This document shows, in pieces, positions 43,279-52,556 of a stretch of 64,000 bases of DNA (positions are counted from its first letter, which is position 1; each line of letters starts with the position of its first letter). The notes beneath the pieces were generated by a model. The model made no database searches. It was given only the letters and a program-made list of their open reading frames with translations, and was not told the DNA's origin. A program made the translations under genes and the position numbers. The DNA comes from Clostridiales bacterium (GTDB lineage: Bacteria > Bacillota > Clostridia > Christensenellales > CAG-138). Location: positions 489 through 64,488 of the forward strand of contig DUPG01000011.1 of the NCBI GenBank assembly GCA_012838425.1. The letters are read 5' to 3'.

Positions 43279-44355
43279 TTGGATACGAAAAAAATAGTAT
43301 TGACTGGCGGAGGCTCCGCAGGGCATGTGTCGCCTAATATGGCGTTAATTCCATACTTAAATGAGCTTGGATACGAAATCCACTACTTTGGCACAAACGG
43401 AATAGAGCATTCGCTTATTACACAAAACTTTGACTATGTGCATTATCATACCATTAAAGCAGGCAAGCTGCGCAGATATTTTTCGCTTCAGAACTTCACA
43501 GACCCATTCCGCGTGCTGTCGGGCATAGCTTCGGCGCGTAGAAAAATGCGAAGAATAAAGCCCGATGTGGTTTTCTCAAAAGGCGGCTTCGTTTCAGTTC
43601 CCGTAATAATAGCTGCTAACAAAATTGCGCCTATTATAGCGCACGAATCCGACTTCTCACCCGGTATCGCCACGAAGATTAGCGCGAAATTCGCCACGCG
43701 CGTATGCACTTCATTTGAGGAAACAGCAAAGCTTTTCGGAAAGAAGGGCGTACACACCGGCTCACCCATTCGCGCAGAGCTTTTTATGGGTTCAGCCGAA
43801 AAAGGCAAGGAATTCTTGGGCTTCGAAAGGGATTTGCCCATACTGCTCATAATTGGCGGCAGCTTAGGCGCACAAGCCATAAACGAGAATATCCGCGCGA
43901 TATTACCCGCGCTGCTCAACGAATTCAACATAGCGCATATATGCGGCAAAGGTAAAATTGATTCAAAATTCGAGGATTTAGAGGGCTACAAGCAGTTTGA
44001 ATACCTGTCCGAGCCTCTCAAACATGTATTCGCCGCTTCCGACATAATAGTTTCGCGCGCAGGCGCAAATGCTGTGTTTGAATTCATCGCGCTGAGAAAG
44101 CCCGCACTGTTGATTCCCCTGCCCTCAAAAAGCAGCCGCGGCGACCAGCTTCAAAACGCCATGTACTTTACGAAAAAAGGGTATTTTGAAACATTAGAGC
44201 AGGAAAACATAACAAGAGTAACGCTGTTTGACGCGATAATGTCGCTTTATCAGAACAGGGAACGCTACATTGAAAGCATGAAGAAGGACAATACATTAGC
44301 GAACGGAACTCAGAATGTGCTCAATGTGATACTTGAAGCGGCAAAAAGGAATTGA
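43279..44355 (+). CDS. murG: Undecaprenyldiphospho-muramoylpentapeptide GlcNAc transferase
   Basis: TGGGSAGHV, KGGFVSVP, HESD, GGSLGA, SRAGA, RGDQ..NA; TTG start. Confidence 0.95.
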   Translation: MDTKKIVLTGGGSAGHVSPNMALIPYLNELGYEIHYFGTNGIEHSLITQNFDYVHYHTIKAGKLRRYFSLQNFTDPFRVLSGIASARRKMRRIKPDVVFSKGGFVSVPVIIAANKIAPIIAHESDFSPGIATKISAKFATRVCTSFEETAKLFGKKGVHTGSPIRAELFMGSAEKGKEFLGFERDLPILLIIGGSLGAQAINENIRAILPALLNEFNIAHICGKGKIDSKFEDLEGYKQFEYLSEPLKHVFAASDIIVSRAGANAVFEFIALRKPALLIPLPSKSSRGDQLQNAMYFTKKGYFETLEQENITRVTLFDAIMSLYQNRERYIESMKKDNTLANGTQNVLNVILEAAKRN

Positions 44356-44357
44356 AA

Positions 44358-44373
44358 TGTTCCATGTGGAACA
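44358..44373. promoter_or_regulatory. parS site
   Basis: TGTTCCATGTGGAACA. Confidence 0.82.
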
Positions 44374-44447
44374 AATAAGCTGTAATCGCGGCAATATGCG
44401 AAATTGTCCGATTATTACGCAAAACAATATAGAAGCAGGTAAATGAA

Positions 44448-46028
44448 TTGACTAACAGTAAGGTTTACAATCTGTTGAAGAATCAAAGCGGCTCAGAGCA
44501 GCTGTTATTAGATTCACCCGACGACATAATTCACGAAATCATAGAGTTTTACATAAATGAGGACAGCCCCTTGCGCGTACAAGCCTGTTCCTTCCTATGC
44601 CGCGCAGTCAAAAAGAAACGCTATTTTGAGATAATCAACTCACAAGTCAACCGAAATGTGCTGTATCGCGCGCTTAAATCCGATATAAAAAAGCTAAGAA
44701 AGAACACCGCCATACTATTAGGAAGGCTCATAAAGCACGATAAATCACACATAACAAGCGATGTATTCAACCTTATAGAAGCGCTTGAAAACGAAGAAGT
44801 ACTGCTTGTTGTTCCCTCAATAATTCTTGCCCTCGGCGTATGCAAAAATGAAGCCGCATATCGCGCTATTGACGAATATAAAATCCCGCCAAGCTGCATA
44901 AAGAAGCACGAAAACGAAATCCGCCAAGCTATTGTAAAAGCGAAAGAAAACTATTCCGAAAACGCCATGCACGAATTCATAGGACTTGGCAAGCCCTACG
45001 AATTCGAAATCCGAACCGCAATGAACATGGCATTTGCTTTGCACACCGAGCTTACAGACAACCTATTCTTTACAAAAGAACACACACCCTCATCAGTAAT
45101 AGTTACGACAGACGATTACGAAAGGCTTTTCACAATACGCTCATTCCGCGAAATACTGCTGCCAATAGGCGAAAAAATAGAGCTCACCGCCGAAAAAATC
45201 GCAAAAGCATTTGTCGAAAAAGGAATCCCCTTTATAATAGACGCGCATACGATGTCAGCAAACGACGAATATTCGCCATTCAGATACAGAATTGAATTGA
45301 AATGCACCAAAAAGCTGCGTCGCAACGAGTTTATATCAGAAATTGTTTCAGAAATACACAGGCTTAATCCACGCTGCGTCGAAAACTCTGTTTCAAATTA
45401 CGAGGTCGAGCTGCGTATCGAGCAAACCAAGCAAGCCACCTGCAATCTATACATAAAGCTGTTCACAGTACCCGACACACGCTATGAATACAGGCTATTA
45501 ACTCTGCCGGCGTCAATAGCTCCGGCGAACGCCGCCGTATTAGTTCGTTCAGGACATATGAAGCGGGACGCCCGGGTGCTTGATTTCTGCTGCGGAAGCG
45601 GAACTCTGCTCATAGAAAGACACAAGGTATTCGAATTCCCCGTAAAAGAAATAGTCGGCGTGGATATTTCCTCACAAGCAATATCTATTGCAAAAAAGAA
45701 TCTCACAGCCGCAGGTATTAAAAACTTCACACTCATAAACTGCGATTGTCGAAGCTACCACCCGCAAGAAACCTTTGACGAGATTTACGCAAACCTCCCC
45801 TTCGGCAACCGCGTAGGCTCACACAGCGAGAACTTAGACCTTTATAAATCGATATTAGACATACTCCCCCACTGGCTCAACGACGAAGGCACGGCCGTTC
45901 TATACTCAATGGAAGGCGAATTGCTAAAAAGCCTCCTTAAATCAAACAAGCACCTTCGCTTAATCAATACAATAAAAACCGATGCCGGCGGTCTTATACC
46001 CATAGTATTTTTTATCAGTAAACGATAG
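44448..46028 (+). CDS. SAM-dependent (putative RNA) methyltransferase with a helical N-terminal extension
   Basis: VLDFCCGSGTLLIE, GVDI, ANLPFG (NPPY-like); N-terminal K.RKN.A.LLG.L helical repeat. Confidence 0.8.
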   Translation: MTNSKVYNLLKNQSGSEQLLLDSPDDIIHEIIEFYINEDSPLRVQACSFLCRAVKKKRYFEIINSQVNRNVLYRALKSDIKKLRKNTAILLGRLIKHDKSHITSDVFNLIEALENEEVLLVVPSIILALGVCKNEAAYRAIDEYKIPPSCIKKHENEIRQAIVKAKENYSENAMHEFIGLGKPYEFEIRTAMNMAFALHTELTDNLFFTKEHTPSSVIVTTDDYERLFTIRSFREILLPIGEKIELTAEKIAKAFVEKGIPFIIDAHTMSANDEYSPFRYRIELKCTKKLRRNEFISEIVSEIHRLNPRCVENSVSNYEVELRIEQTKQATCNLYIKLFTVPDTRYEYRLLTLPASIAPANAAVLVRSGHMKRDARVLDFCCGSGTLLIERHKVFEFPVKEIVGVDISSQAISIAKKNLTAAGIKNFTLINCDCRSYHPQETFDEIYANLPFGNRVGSHSENLDLYKSILDILPHWLNDEGTAVLYSMEGELLKSLLKSNKHLRLINTIKTDAGGLIPIVFFISKR

Positions 46029-46045
46029 ACAAGGGCTTTGCCACT

Positions 46046-46690
46046 ACACCCCACCAAGCACCACAGACACACAGGCACAGCCCCTTTGAATCCGCCTAAT
46101 TACTATTAAAGAATTACAAGATCAATAACTCAATACATCTTAATATACTATATTATATACTTACATCTTCCACATACCACCCTCATCTTCTCTATATTCA
46201 CACACTTTTCACACCCTCATACCAAACCCATGTTACAAATCAATATTTTCATACCCGAAGAAATCTCATATTACAATCGCATAATATTTCATACCGAAGC
46301 TATCTCATTCCCGTAACAACATTCAAATACTTTCCCCCACACCCCACCAAGCACCACAGGCACACAGGCACTGCCCTTTTGAATCCGCCTAAATACTATT
46401 AAAGAATTACAAGTTCTAATAGCCCAATGCATCTTAATATACTATATTATATACTTATTCAACCACGACCAATCCCTGTTTTCTATACTTACCCTGCCCA
46501 TTGACAGCCACATATAAGACTTATATTACGAAGCAATATTTCATTCCCGCAATAAATCTCATATTACAATCGCACAATGTTTCTTACCGAAGCTATCTCA
46601 TTCCCGTAACAACATTCAAATACTTTCCCCCACACCCCACCAAGCACCACAGACACACAGGCACAGCCCTTTTGAATCCCAGCTCTTTAT
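46046..46690. repeat. Tandem repeat with a 293-bp period (about 2.2 copies)
   Basis: caccccaccaagcaccacag starts at 46047, 46340 and 46633; long conserved blocks flank a divergent ~75-bp middle. Confidence 0.9.
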
Positions 46691-46815
46691 AATAATATTA
46701 AGACTAATTGCTTATCACTCAACTTGATATGTAACATTTTTTACACACGCTAACTCCGACAACGATTACTCATTTTCATTCAGTAACGCAGTCGCTGTCC
46801 TCATGGCGAAGCCTC

Positions 46816-47136
46816 TCAAGTGCGCGGCGCATCCTCCCCAAAATGCTCCTCTAACTCCTCTATCAGCTGCTTCAACTCATCATCGCTCACTAATATTTCA
46901 AATGGCTTATAATAGCGCATATACCTACCGTCGGGCAGCTCTACCATGCAATAATGGTTACATTCAGAGAATATGCCCGCCTTATTCAGTAGCTTTAAAT
47001 AGCTCTTAACTTGCGAATAACTCAATCCAAGCTCTTTTTGAAATACATTTATCTTTGTATTTCGCCCATTCAGTATCAGCTTCAATATTCCAATTATTGC
47101 GCTGCTTTTGCAATTTTCAATTATAATACTCTTCAT
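46816..47136 (-). CDS. Hypothetical small protein, probable winged helix-turn-helix
   Basis: KINVFQKELGLSYSQVKSYLKLLNKAGIF; AGGAAGG RBS before ATG 47136; AT-rich; upstream TTGACA promoter. Confidence 0.6.
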   Translation of the reverse strand: MKSIIIENCKSSAIIGILKLILNGRNTKINVFQKELGLSYSQVKSYLKLLNKAGIFSECNHYCMVELPDGRYMRYYKPFEILVSDDELKQLIEELEEHFGEDAPRT

Positions 47137-47343
47137 TTCATTCCTTCCTAAACAAAATGAGTCCATTATTTAATACATGAATAATATTTACATTATGTAT
47201 ATCATTTTATTTTAGCTATGTCAAATACAATTTTAGCTTTTTGTAACTTTTTTATATTTTTGTATTTTGCTTAGATATTTATAAAAGAATAATAAAAAAT
47301 TCCAAGCCGCATATATATTACAAAACAATCCTTGGGGGTTAAT

Positions 47344-47667
47344 ATGCAGGTAAAGCAGGCGGCTAAAAAAGAGTATTTCATACCTCAGCAAGCGGCAAAT
47401 GATTCATTGGAATATTCGCACCACATAACCGAGCGCGTACTACTTATAGCGCGCTACATAATTGACCACAAAGCGACTGTTAGAGCGACTGCGTTTCAAT
47501 TCTCCATATCAAAATCAACGGTTCATAAGGATGTAACCGAGCGATTGCCAAACATAAATCCCATGTTAGCAAAGGAAGTAAAGAAAATTCTTCAGATCAA
47601 CAAAGAAGAACGCCATATCCGCGGAGGAATGGCGACCAAAAACAAGTATCTATCAAAGCGAAGGTAA
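47344..47667 (+). CDS. spoIIID: Stage III sporulation transcription factor SpoIIID
   Basis: ERVL.IA.YII..KATVR.TA..F..SKSTVHKDVTERL...NKEERHIRGGMATK.KY. Confidence 0.94.
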   Translation: MQVKQAAKKEYFIPQQAANDSLEYSHHITERVLLIARYIIDHKATVRATAFQFSISKSTVHKDVTERLPNINPMLAKEVKKILQINKEERHIRGGMATKNKYLSKRR

Positions 47668-48783
47668 TTACCTGTCCACAGGAACGGTCAAGTAAAAGAA
47701 GCTATCACCGCTAACCGGCTTAATTGCGCATGGGCCAAGCTTCTTTGAAAACTCAAAGCACATCTCTTCTTCATCTATAACCTTAACTATGTCTAACAAA
47801 TAACGCGCATTAAACTGTATAGTAATAGGCTCACCCGAAAGCAATATGGGCATTTCATCTGAAAAGCTGCCTATCTCGCTGTTAACCGAAACATACAGGT
47901 AATTATCCGTATATGAAAACTTAACTATGCTGCGCTTATCCTCCTGCGCCACCAAGTATGCACGGTCAATTATAGAATAGAACTCCTTGCGGTTGAGTAT
48001 AACGCGTGTATCATATTCCTTAGGAATAATAGACTGGTACGCTATATAATTGCCTTCCATTCGTCTGATTATTGTTGTAACGTGCTCAGCTTTTATGATT
48101 AGATTCTGTTTTGAGAAGGCTATCTCGACTTCATCTTCCGAATCATGCAGTATTCCGGCCGCACTCTCTAACAAATTTGCGGAAACCAAAATTTCAGCGT
48201 TCTTTTCGCCCTCAACATTTACTACCTTTTCTATTCTCTGCGCGAACTTGAGATTATCAAGCGCTACCAGCTCCAATGTATCATCATAGTATTTAATGAA
48301 TGCACCCTTTAATACGGGGCGCGTATCGTCCTTCAACGCAAATGGGGCAGTCTGCTTAACCATCTTCTTGAATACGCCCTGCTGCAGCTTGATTTTCGCG
48401 TCATAATCAGGCGAAGTAAGCCCTACGAACTCATCAGGGTCAATTGTTTGAAGCGTAATGCTCATAGCGCCTGATGTGATTCTAACAGCGTTCTGCTCCT
48501 GCTCAAAAACAGCTTCGTCGGCAGGCAGCTTCTTAGCGATTTCAGACAGCATTTTTCCGGGAACAAGCATTTCGCCCATGTATGCGCTGTCAGTAGATAC
48601 GGGGATAGTGGTTTCAATCTGCATAACTAAATTGAAGCAGGTTAGAGTCATCCTGCTGCTTCCTATAAGTACATGAATGAATTCGTATGCTCGCGTATAG
48701 GACGATTCTGCCCTTGAAGCAAGTGCCGGATAAACAATAGCTATTGCGTTATTCAATTCCTGTGTGTTTACGCGTATTTTCAT
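47668..48783 (-). CDS. dnaN: DNA polymerase III beta sliding clamp
   Basis: 371 aa; A.KDDTRPVLKG, IRRMEGNYIAYQSIIP, IQFNARYLLD; positioned next to oriC. Confidence 0.9.
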   Translation of the reverse strand: MKIRVNTQELNNAIAIVYPALASRAESSYTRAYEFIHVLIGSSRMTLTCFNLVMQIETTIPVSTDSAYMGEMLVPGKMLSEIAKKLPADEAVFEQEQNAVRITSGAMSITLQTIDPDEFVGLTSPDYDAKIKLQQGVFKKMVKQTAPFALKDDTRPVLKGAFIKYYDDTLELVALDNLKFAQRIEKVVNVEGEKNAEILVSANLLESAAGILHDSEDEVEIAFSKQNLIIKAEHVTTIIRRMEGNYIAYQSIIPKEYDTRVILNRKEFYSIIDRAYLVAQEDKRSIVKFSYTDNYLYVSVNSEIGSFSDEMPILLSGEPITIQFNARYLLDIVKVIDEEEMCFEFSKKLGPCAIKPVSGDSFFYLTVPVDR

Positions 48784-48834
48784 AATTACTCCTGTTATAT
48801 GATTTCATTTCGCTCATTCAAAATAAGCGATTCT

Positions 48835-49225
48835 TTTATAATATTATCGTAGTCCTCTTAGTAGGGGGTGTGGAAAGTATGGAAAACTCCCGTAACCCTT
48901 GAAATTCAGGGAAAAACCCGTGTGGATAACCATATGGAAAACTAAGCATTTTATCCGTACGCAATCCACATTTTCCACATATCCACATTTTCCATAAGCT
49001 TTCCTAAAATTATCCTATGAATAATGTGGATAAATCAGAGCAATTTTCTCCTAAATTTATCCAATAATTTTGGTTATCCACAGTTTCCACAGTGTTTCCT
49101 AAAATAATTCTATGAATAATATGGATAACTATTATCGGTATTTATTTGATTATACATTATTGATAGAGAAATGTAAAATAGAAATTATATAGGCGTGCTA
49201 TTCAAAAAGCTAAATTATCCACCTC
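48835..49225. other. Chromosomal replication origin oriC
   Basis: Perfect DnaA boxes at 48921-29, 49025-33 and 49074-82, plus about 10 imperfect ones. Toward dnaN the minus strand reads TTTTCCATA-CTTTCCACA-CCCC-TACTAAGAGGACTACGATAATAT-TATAAAA: two boxes, GC spacer, DnaA-trio-like run, AT-rich tract. Confidence 0.88.
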
Positions 49226-49265
49226 GTGAAAAACTAAATGTAGTTATGCGACGCTATAAAATCAG

Positions 49266-49325
49266 AGTGTTCTTTTACTGGTTTTCTTTCAAGAAAAGCA
49301 GTGGGGTACAGGGGCAAGGCCCCTG
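49266..49325. repeat. Cap element copy bordering oriC
   Basis: tgttcttttactggttttctttcaagaaaagcagtggggtacaggggcaaggcccctg. Confidence 0.85.
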
Positions 49326-49409
49326 CCTAATCGTTAAAAATTGATATGCGGCATGGGGTAAAGCCCTAAAAAGCTCTACATTTTAGATAAAAGATGATAT
49401 AATAAAGCC

Positions 49410-50747
49410 ATGCTTAACACTGTTCGCGCGACTATTATAAATAACAAGCTGCTTGACGCCGGCGATGTGGTGCTGATTGGCCTTAGCGGCGGGGCGGATT
49501 CGGTAGCGCTTTTGCATATACTGAACAGGCTAAAGGCTGAGCTTAATTTTTCGCTTTTAGCGGCGCACTTCAACCATATGCTTAGGGGAAGGGAAGCCGA
49601 CAGCGACGAGCAGTTCTGCATAGACTTGTGCAAAAGCTGGGGTATTGAAATCCACACAGGCAGAGCAAATGTAGCTGAATTTGCTAAAAAAGAAGGGCTT
49701 ACCATTGAAACCGCAGCGCGTATATTGCGCTATGAGTTTCTGAACAGCTTAGCACATACTAAAATAGCAGTCGCACATCATAAAAACGACCAAGCCGAAA
49801 CCGTATTGGCTCACCTAATTCGTGGAAGCGGTCTAAAAGGGCTATGCGGAATGCGTTATATGAATAACAACATAATCCGTCCGCTGTTAGATGTTACGCG
49901 TTGTGAAATTGAAAGCTATGTCCGCGAAAACAAACTTGATTTCTGCACAGACGCGACCAACTTTTTAGAGGATACAACACGCAACAAGCTGCGCATTAGT
50001 GTGATTCCCTATATTGAGCGTGAAATAAACCCGAAATTCATTGATTCTTTAAGCATTTTAGCTGATAACCTGCAATCCGATGAGGACTTCTTGCAAAGGC
50101 TGGCGGAAGACGCCTATAAAAAATGCAGAACAGAGCGCGGATTGAATAGAATTAAGCTGCAAAGGCTTGCAGACCCCGTATTCATTCGCGTATTGCGGCT
50201 GGCGTTCGCTGACGAGGGAATTTATGCAGATATAGAGTACAAGCACTATAAAGCAATAAAGGAAATAATCACAAAAAACACTAATCTTTCACTCGATTTG
50301 CCCAGCATTCGCGTATATACCGCGTATGATGAGCTGATTTTCGACCGTTCCGGTGAAAAGCTGCCTATGGAATTCGATTACGAATTCCTAATTGGCAAAG
50401 AATATAAGTTTGACGCCTTTGCTTTATATAGTAAAATTGTTGAAGGCAATGAATATAAGAATTTTCCCGATTCGGTGTGCTTGGATATTGACAAGCTGCC
50501 GTCTGATTTGCGAATTCGCACCCGCAGGGCCGGCGATTACATACACCCATTAGGCGTAAACGGGAAAAAAAGCCTGAAAGAATTTTTGATTGACAAGAAG
50601 ATAGAGAGAGCAAAAAGAGATATGCCGCTTTTGTGTTCTGATAATGAGGTGTTAGCTGTGTTTTCTGACAAGAACTACATTTCAGAAAAGCTGAAAGCAA
50701 CACAAAGCACAAGAAGAATGCTCGTATTTTTCAGGAGGAATGTATGA
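49410..50747 (+). CDS. tilS: tRNA(Ile)-lysidine synthetase
   Basis: SGGADS PP-loop, HFNH.LRG, AAR.LRY, AHHKNDQAET, IRPLL, RNKLR. Confidence 0.95.
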   Translation: MLNTVRATIINNKLLDAGDVVLIGLSGGADSVALLHILNRLKAELNFSLLAAHFNHMLRGREADSDEQFCIDLCKSWGIEIHTGRANVAEFAKKEGLTIETAARILRYEFLNSLAHTKIAVAHHKNDQAETVLAHLIRGSGLKGLCGMRYMNNNIIRPLLDVTRCEIESYVRENKLDFCTDATNFLEDTTRNKLRISVIPYIEREINPKFIDSLSILADNLQSDEDFLQRLAEDAYKKCRTERGLNRIKLQRLADPVFIRVLRLAFADEGIYADIEYKHYKAIKEIITKNTNLSLDLPSIRVYTAYDELIFDRSGEKLPMEFDYEFLIGKEYKFDAFALYSKIVEGNEYKNFPDSVCLDIDKLPSDLRIRTRRAGDYIHPLGVNGKKSLKEFLIDKKIERAKRDMPLLCSDNEVLAVFSDKNYISEKLKATQSTRRMLVFFRRNV

Positions 50748-51289
50748 CTAAGGATTTTCTGAAGGTTTTGCTGGCAGAAAACGAAATTTCAGCGCGCGTA
50801 GAACAGCTTGCCGCAGAGATTTCAAAGGATTATACTGATAAAGAGATAATTGCTGTATGTATTTTGAAGGGAGCAACGCTTTTTTACAGCGATTTGATTC
50901 GCAGGCTGAATATTCCCGTAAAATTAGACTTTATGGCAATATCAAGCTATGGTTACGGAACCGAATCCACAGGCGAAATCCGCATAAAGAAGGACATGGA
51001 AAACGACATATGCAACGCGCATGTGCTCATAGTTGAGGACATCATAGATACAGGCTGTACGCTTTCTAACCTTATAGAAATGCTGAAGCAGAGAAGACCC
51101 GCGTCAATCAAGACAGTGTGCCTATTAGACAAGCCGGAGCGTCGCAAGGCAAGCATAAAGCCTGACTATTGCGGATTCGTTATAGAGGATAATTTCGTAG
51201 TTGGTTATGGGCTTGACTATGCGGAAAAATACCGCAACCTGCCCTATATAGCCATATTAGAGCCTAAAATCTACGAAAAAACGATGTAA
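50744..51289 (+). CDS. hpt: Hypoxanthine phosphoribosyltransferase
   Basis: ILKGA, VLIVEDIIDTG.TL, FVVGYGLDYAEKYRNLPYI. Confidence 0.96.
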   Translation: MTKDFLKVLLAENEISARVEQLAAEISKDYTDKEIIAVCILKGATLFYSDLIRRLNIPVKLDFMAISSYGYGTESTGEIRIKKDMENDICNAHVLIVEDIIDTGCTLSNLIEMLKQRRPASIKTVCLLDKPERRKASIKPDYCGFVIEDNFVVGYGLDYAEKYRNLPYIAILEPKIYEKTM

Positions 51290-51339
51290 TATATAAGGGA
51301 TAAGGCGCTATCGCCCTACCCTATAAAGAAGAAAAGGAG

Positions 51340-52362
51340 ATGGAAAAAATGAAGTTATTGCTTACAGGCGGAGCGGGCTACATAGGCTCGCACACAGCGG
51401 TTGAGCTTCTTAATAAGGGCTATGAAATAGTAATCGCCGACAATTATTCGAACAGCGACCCCAAGGTATTAGACCGCATACGCAAAATCACAAACAAGGA
51501 TTTTGCGCACTATAATTGCGATGTAGCTAATTATTCCGAATTCGAAAGGGTATTCAAGGAGCATAAAATAGATGTAGTAATTCACTTTGCAGGCTACAAG
51601 GCTGTGGGCGAATCGGTAAAAATTCCTCTTGAATACTATGAGAACAACTTAAACGCCACAATTACGCTTTTGAAGCTGATGAACAAATACGGTGTGGAAA
51701 ACTGCATATTCAGCTCGTCGGCCGCCGTATATGATTCCACGAAAAACAGGCGTTTAACCGAGGATTCGCCTCTTTCCTGCACAAATACATACGGCTATAC
51801 AAAGCTTATGAGCGAACAGATTTTCAAGGACGCGGCAAGGGCTAATCCGAAGCTGTCTATTGCTCTGCTCAGATATTTCAATCCCATAGGCTCTCACGAA
51901 TCGGGGCTTATAGGCGACAACCCGAACGGAATTCCCAACAACCTGCTTCCTTATATTACGCGTGTGGCTGTGGGCAAGCTTGATAAGCTGTATATATTCG
52001 GAAACGATTACGACACGCGCGACGGTACAGGCGTTAGAGATTACATTCATGTAGTTGACTTGGCGTTAGGGCATATTGCCGCTATTGACTATTGCTTGAA
52101 TAATAAGGGCGCTATCGCAATAAATCTCGGCACAGGCAAGGGGTATAGCGTATTGGAGGTAGTGCACGCGTTTGAAAAAGCAAGCGGCGTGAAAATTCCT
52201 TACGAGTTCACAGGCAGGCGCGAGGGCGATACAGCCGAATACTATGCCTCCCCCGAATTAGCGAAGAAGCTGTTGGGCTGGGAAGCAAGGCTTGATTTAG
52301 AGCAGATGTGCGCTTCCGCTTGGAAATGGCAGAAAATGAACCCGAACGGCTATGAGGAATAA
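51340..52362 (+). CDS. galE: UDP-glucose 4-epimerase
   Basis: TGGAGYIGSHT, HFAGYKAVGES, YGYTK, LRYFNP.G, RDYIHV.DLA. Confidence 0.96.
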   Translation: MEKMKLLLTGGAGYIGSHTAVELLNKGYEIVIADNYSNSDPKVLDRIRKITNKDFAHYNCDVANYSEFERVFKEHKIDVVIHFAGYKAVGESVKIPLEYYENNLNATITLLKLMNKYGVENCIFSSSAAVYDSTKNRRLTEDSPLSCTNTYGYTKLMSEQIFKDAARANPKLSIALLRYFNPIGSHESGLIGDNPNGIPNNLLPYITRVAVGKLDKLYIFGNDYDTRDGTGVRDYIHVVDLALGHIAAIDYCLNNKGAIAINLGTGKGYSVLEVVHAFEKASGVKIPYEFTGRREGDTAEYYASPELAKKLLGWEARLDLEQMCASAWKWQKMNPNGYEE

Positions 52363-52456
52363 AGCAGCACATAACGCGAATGAAAATGCCCTGCGGGCAA
52401 ATTGAATAATTGCTGTAAAGCAAGAGCTTGTAGTAATTATTGTAGCCTGTTAAATG

Positions 52457-52493
52457 AAAAGCAATGCTTTTTTGAGGAGCATTGCTTTTTTTA
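52457..52493. terminator. Bidirectional intrinsic terminator after galE
   Basis: AAAAGCAATGCT...AGCATTGCTTTTTT. Confidence 0.75.
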
Positions 52494-52556
52494 TTTGTGA
52501 CTGTGCCATCATTCAGCGGCATAGTCGCTGTATTCATTCAATATGCAGCATTGTCT

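Noticed and set aside
46289-46432. 47-codon minus-strand ORF in the 293-bp repeat as a toxin peptide
   Set aside because: The equivalent position in the other copy reads ATG TAT TGA, so the frame is not conserved, and there is no RBS.
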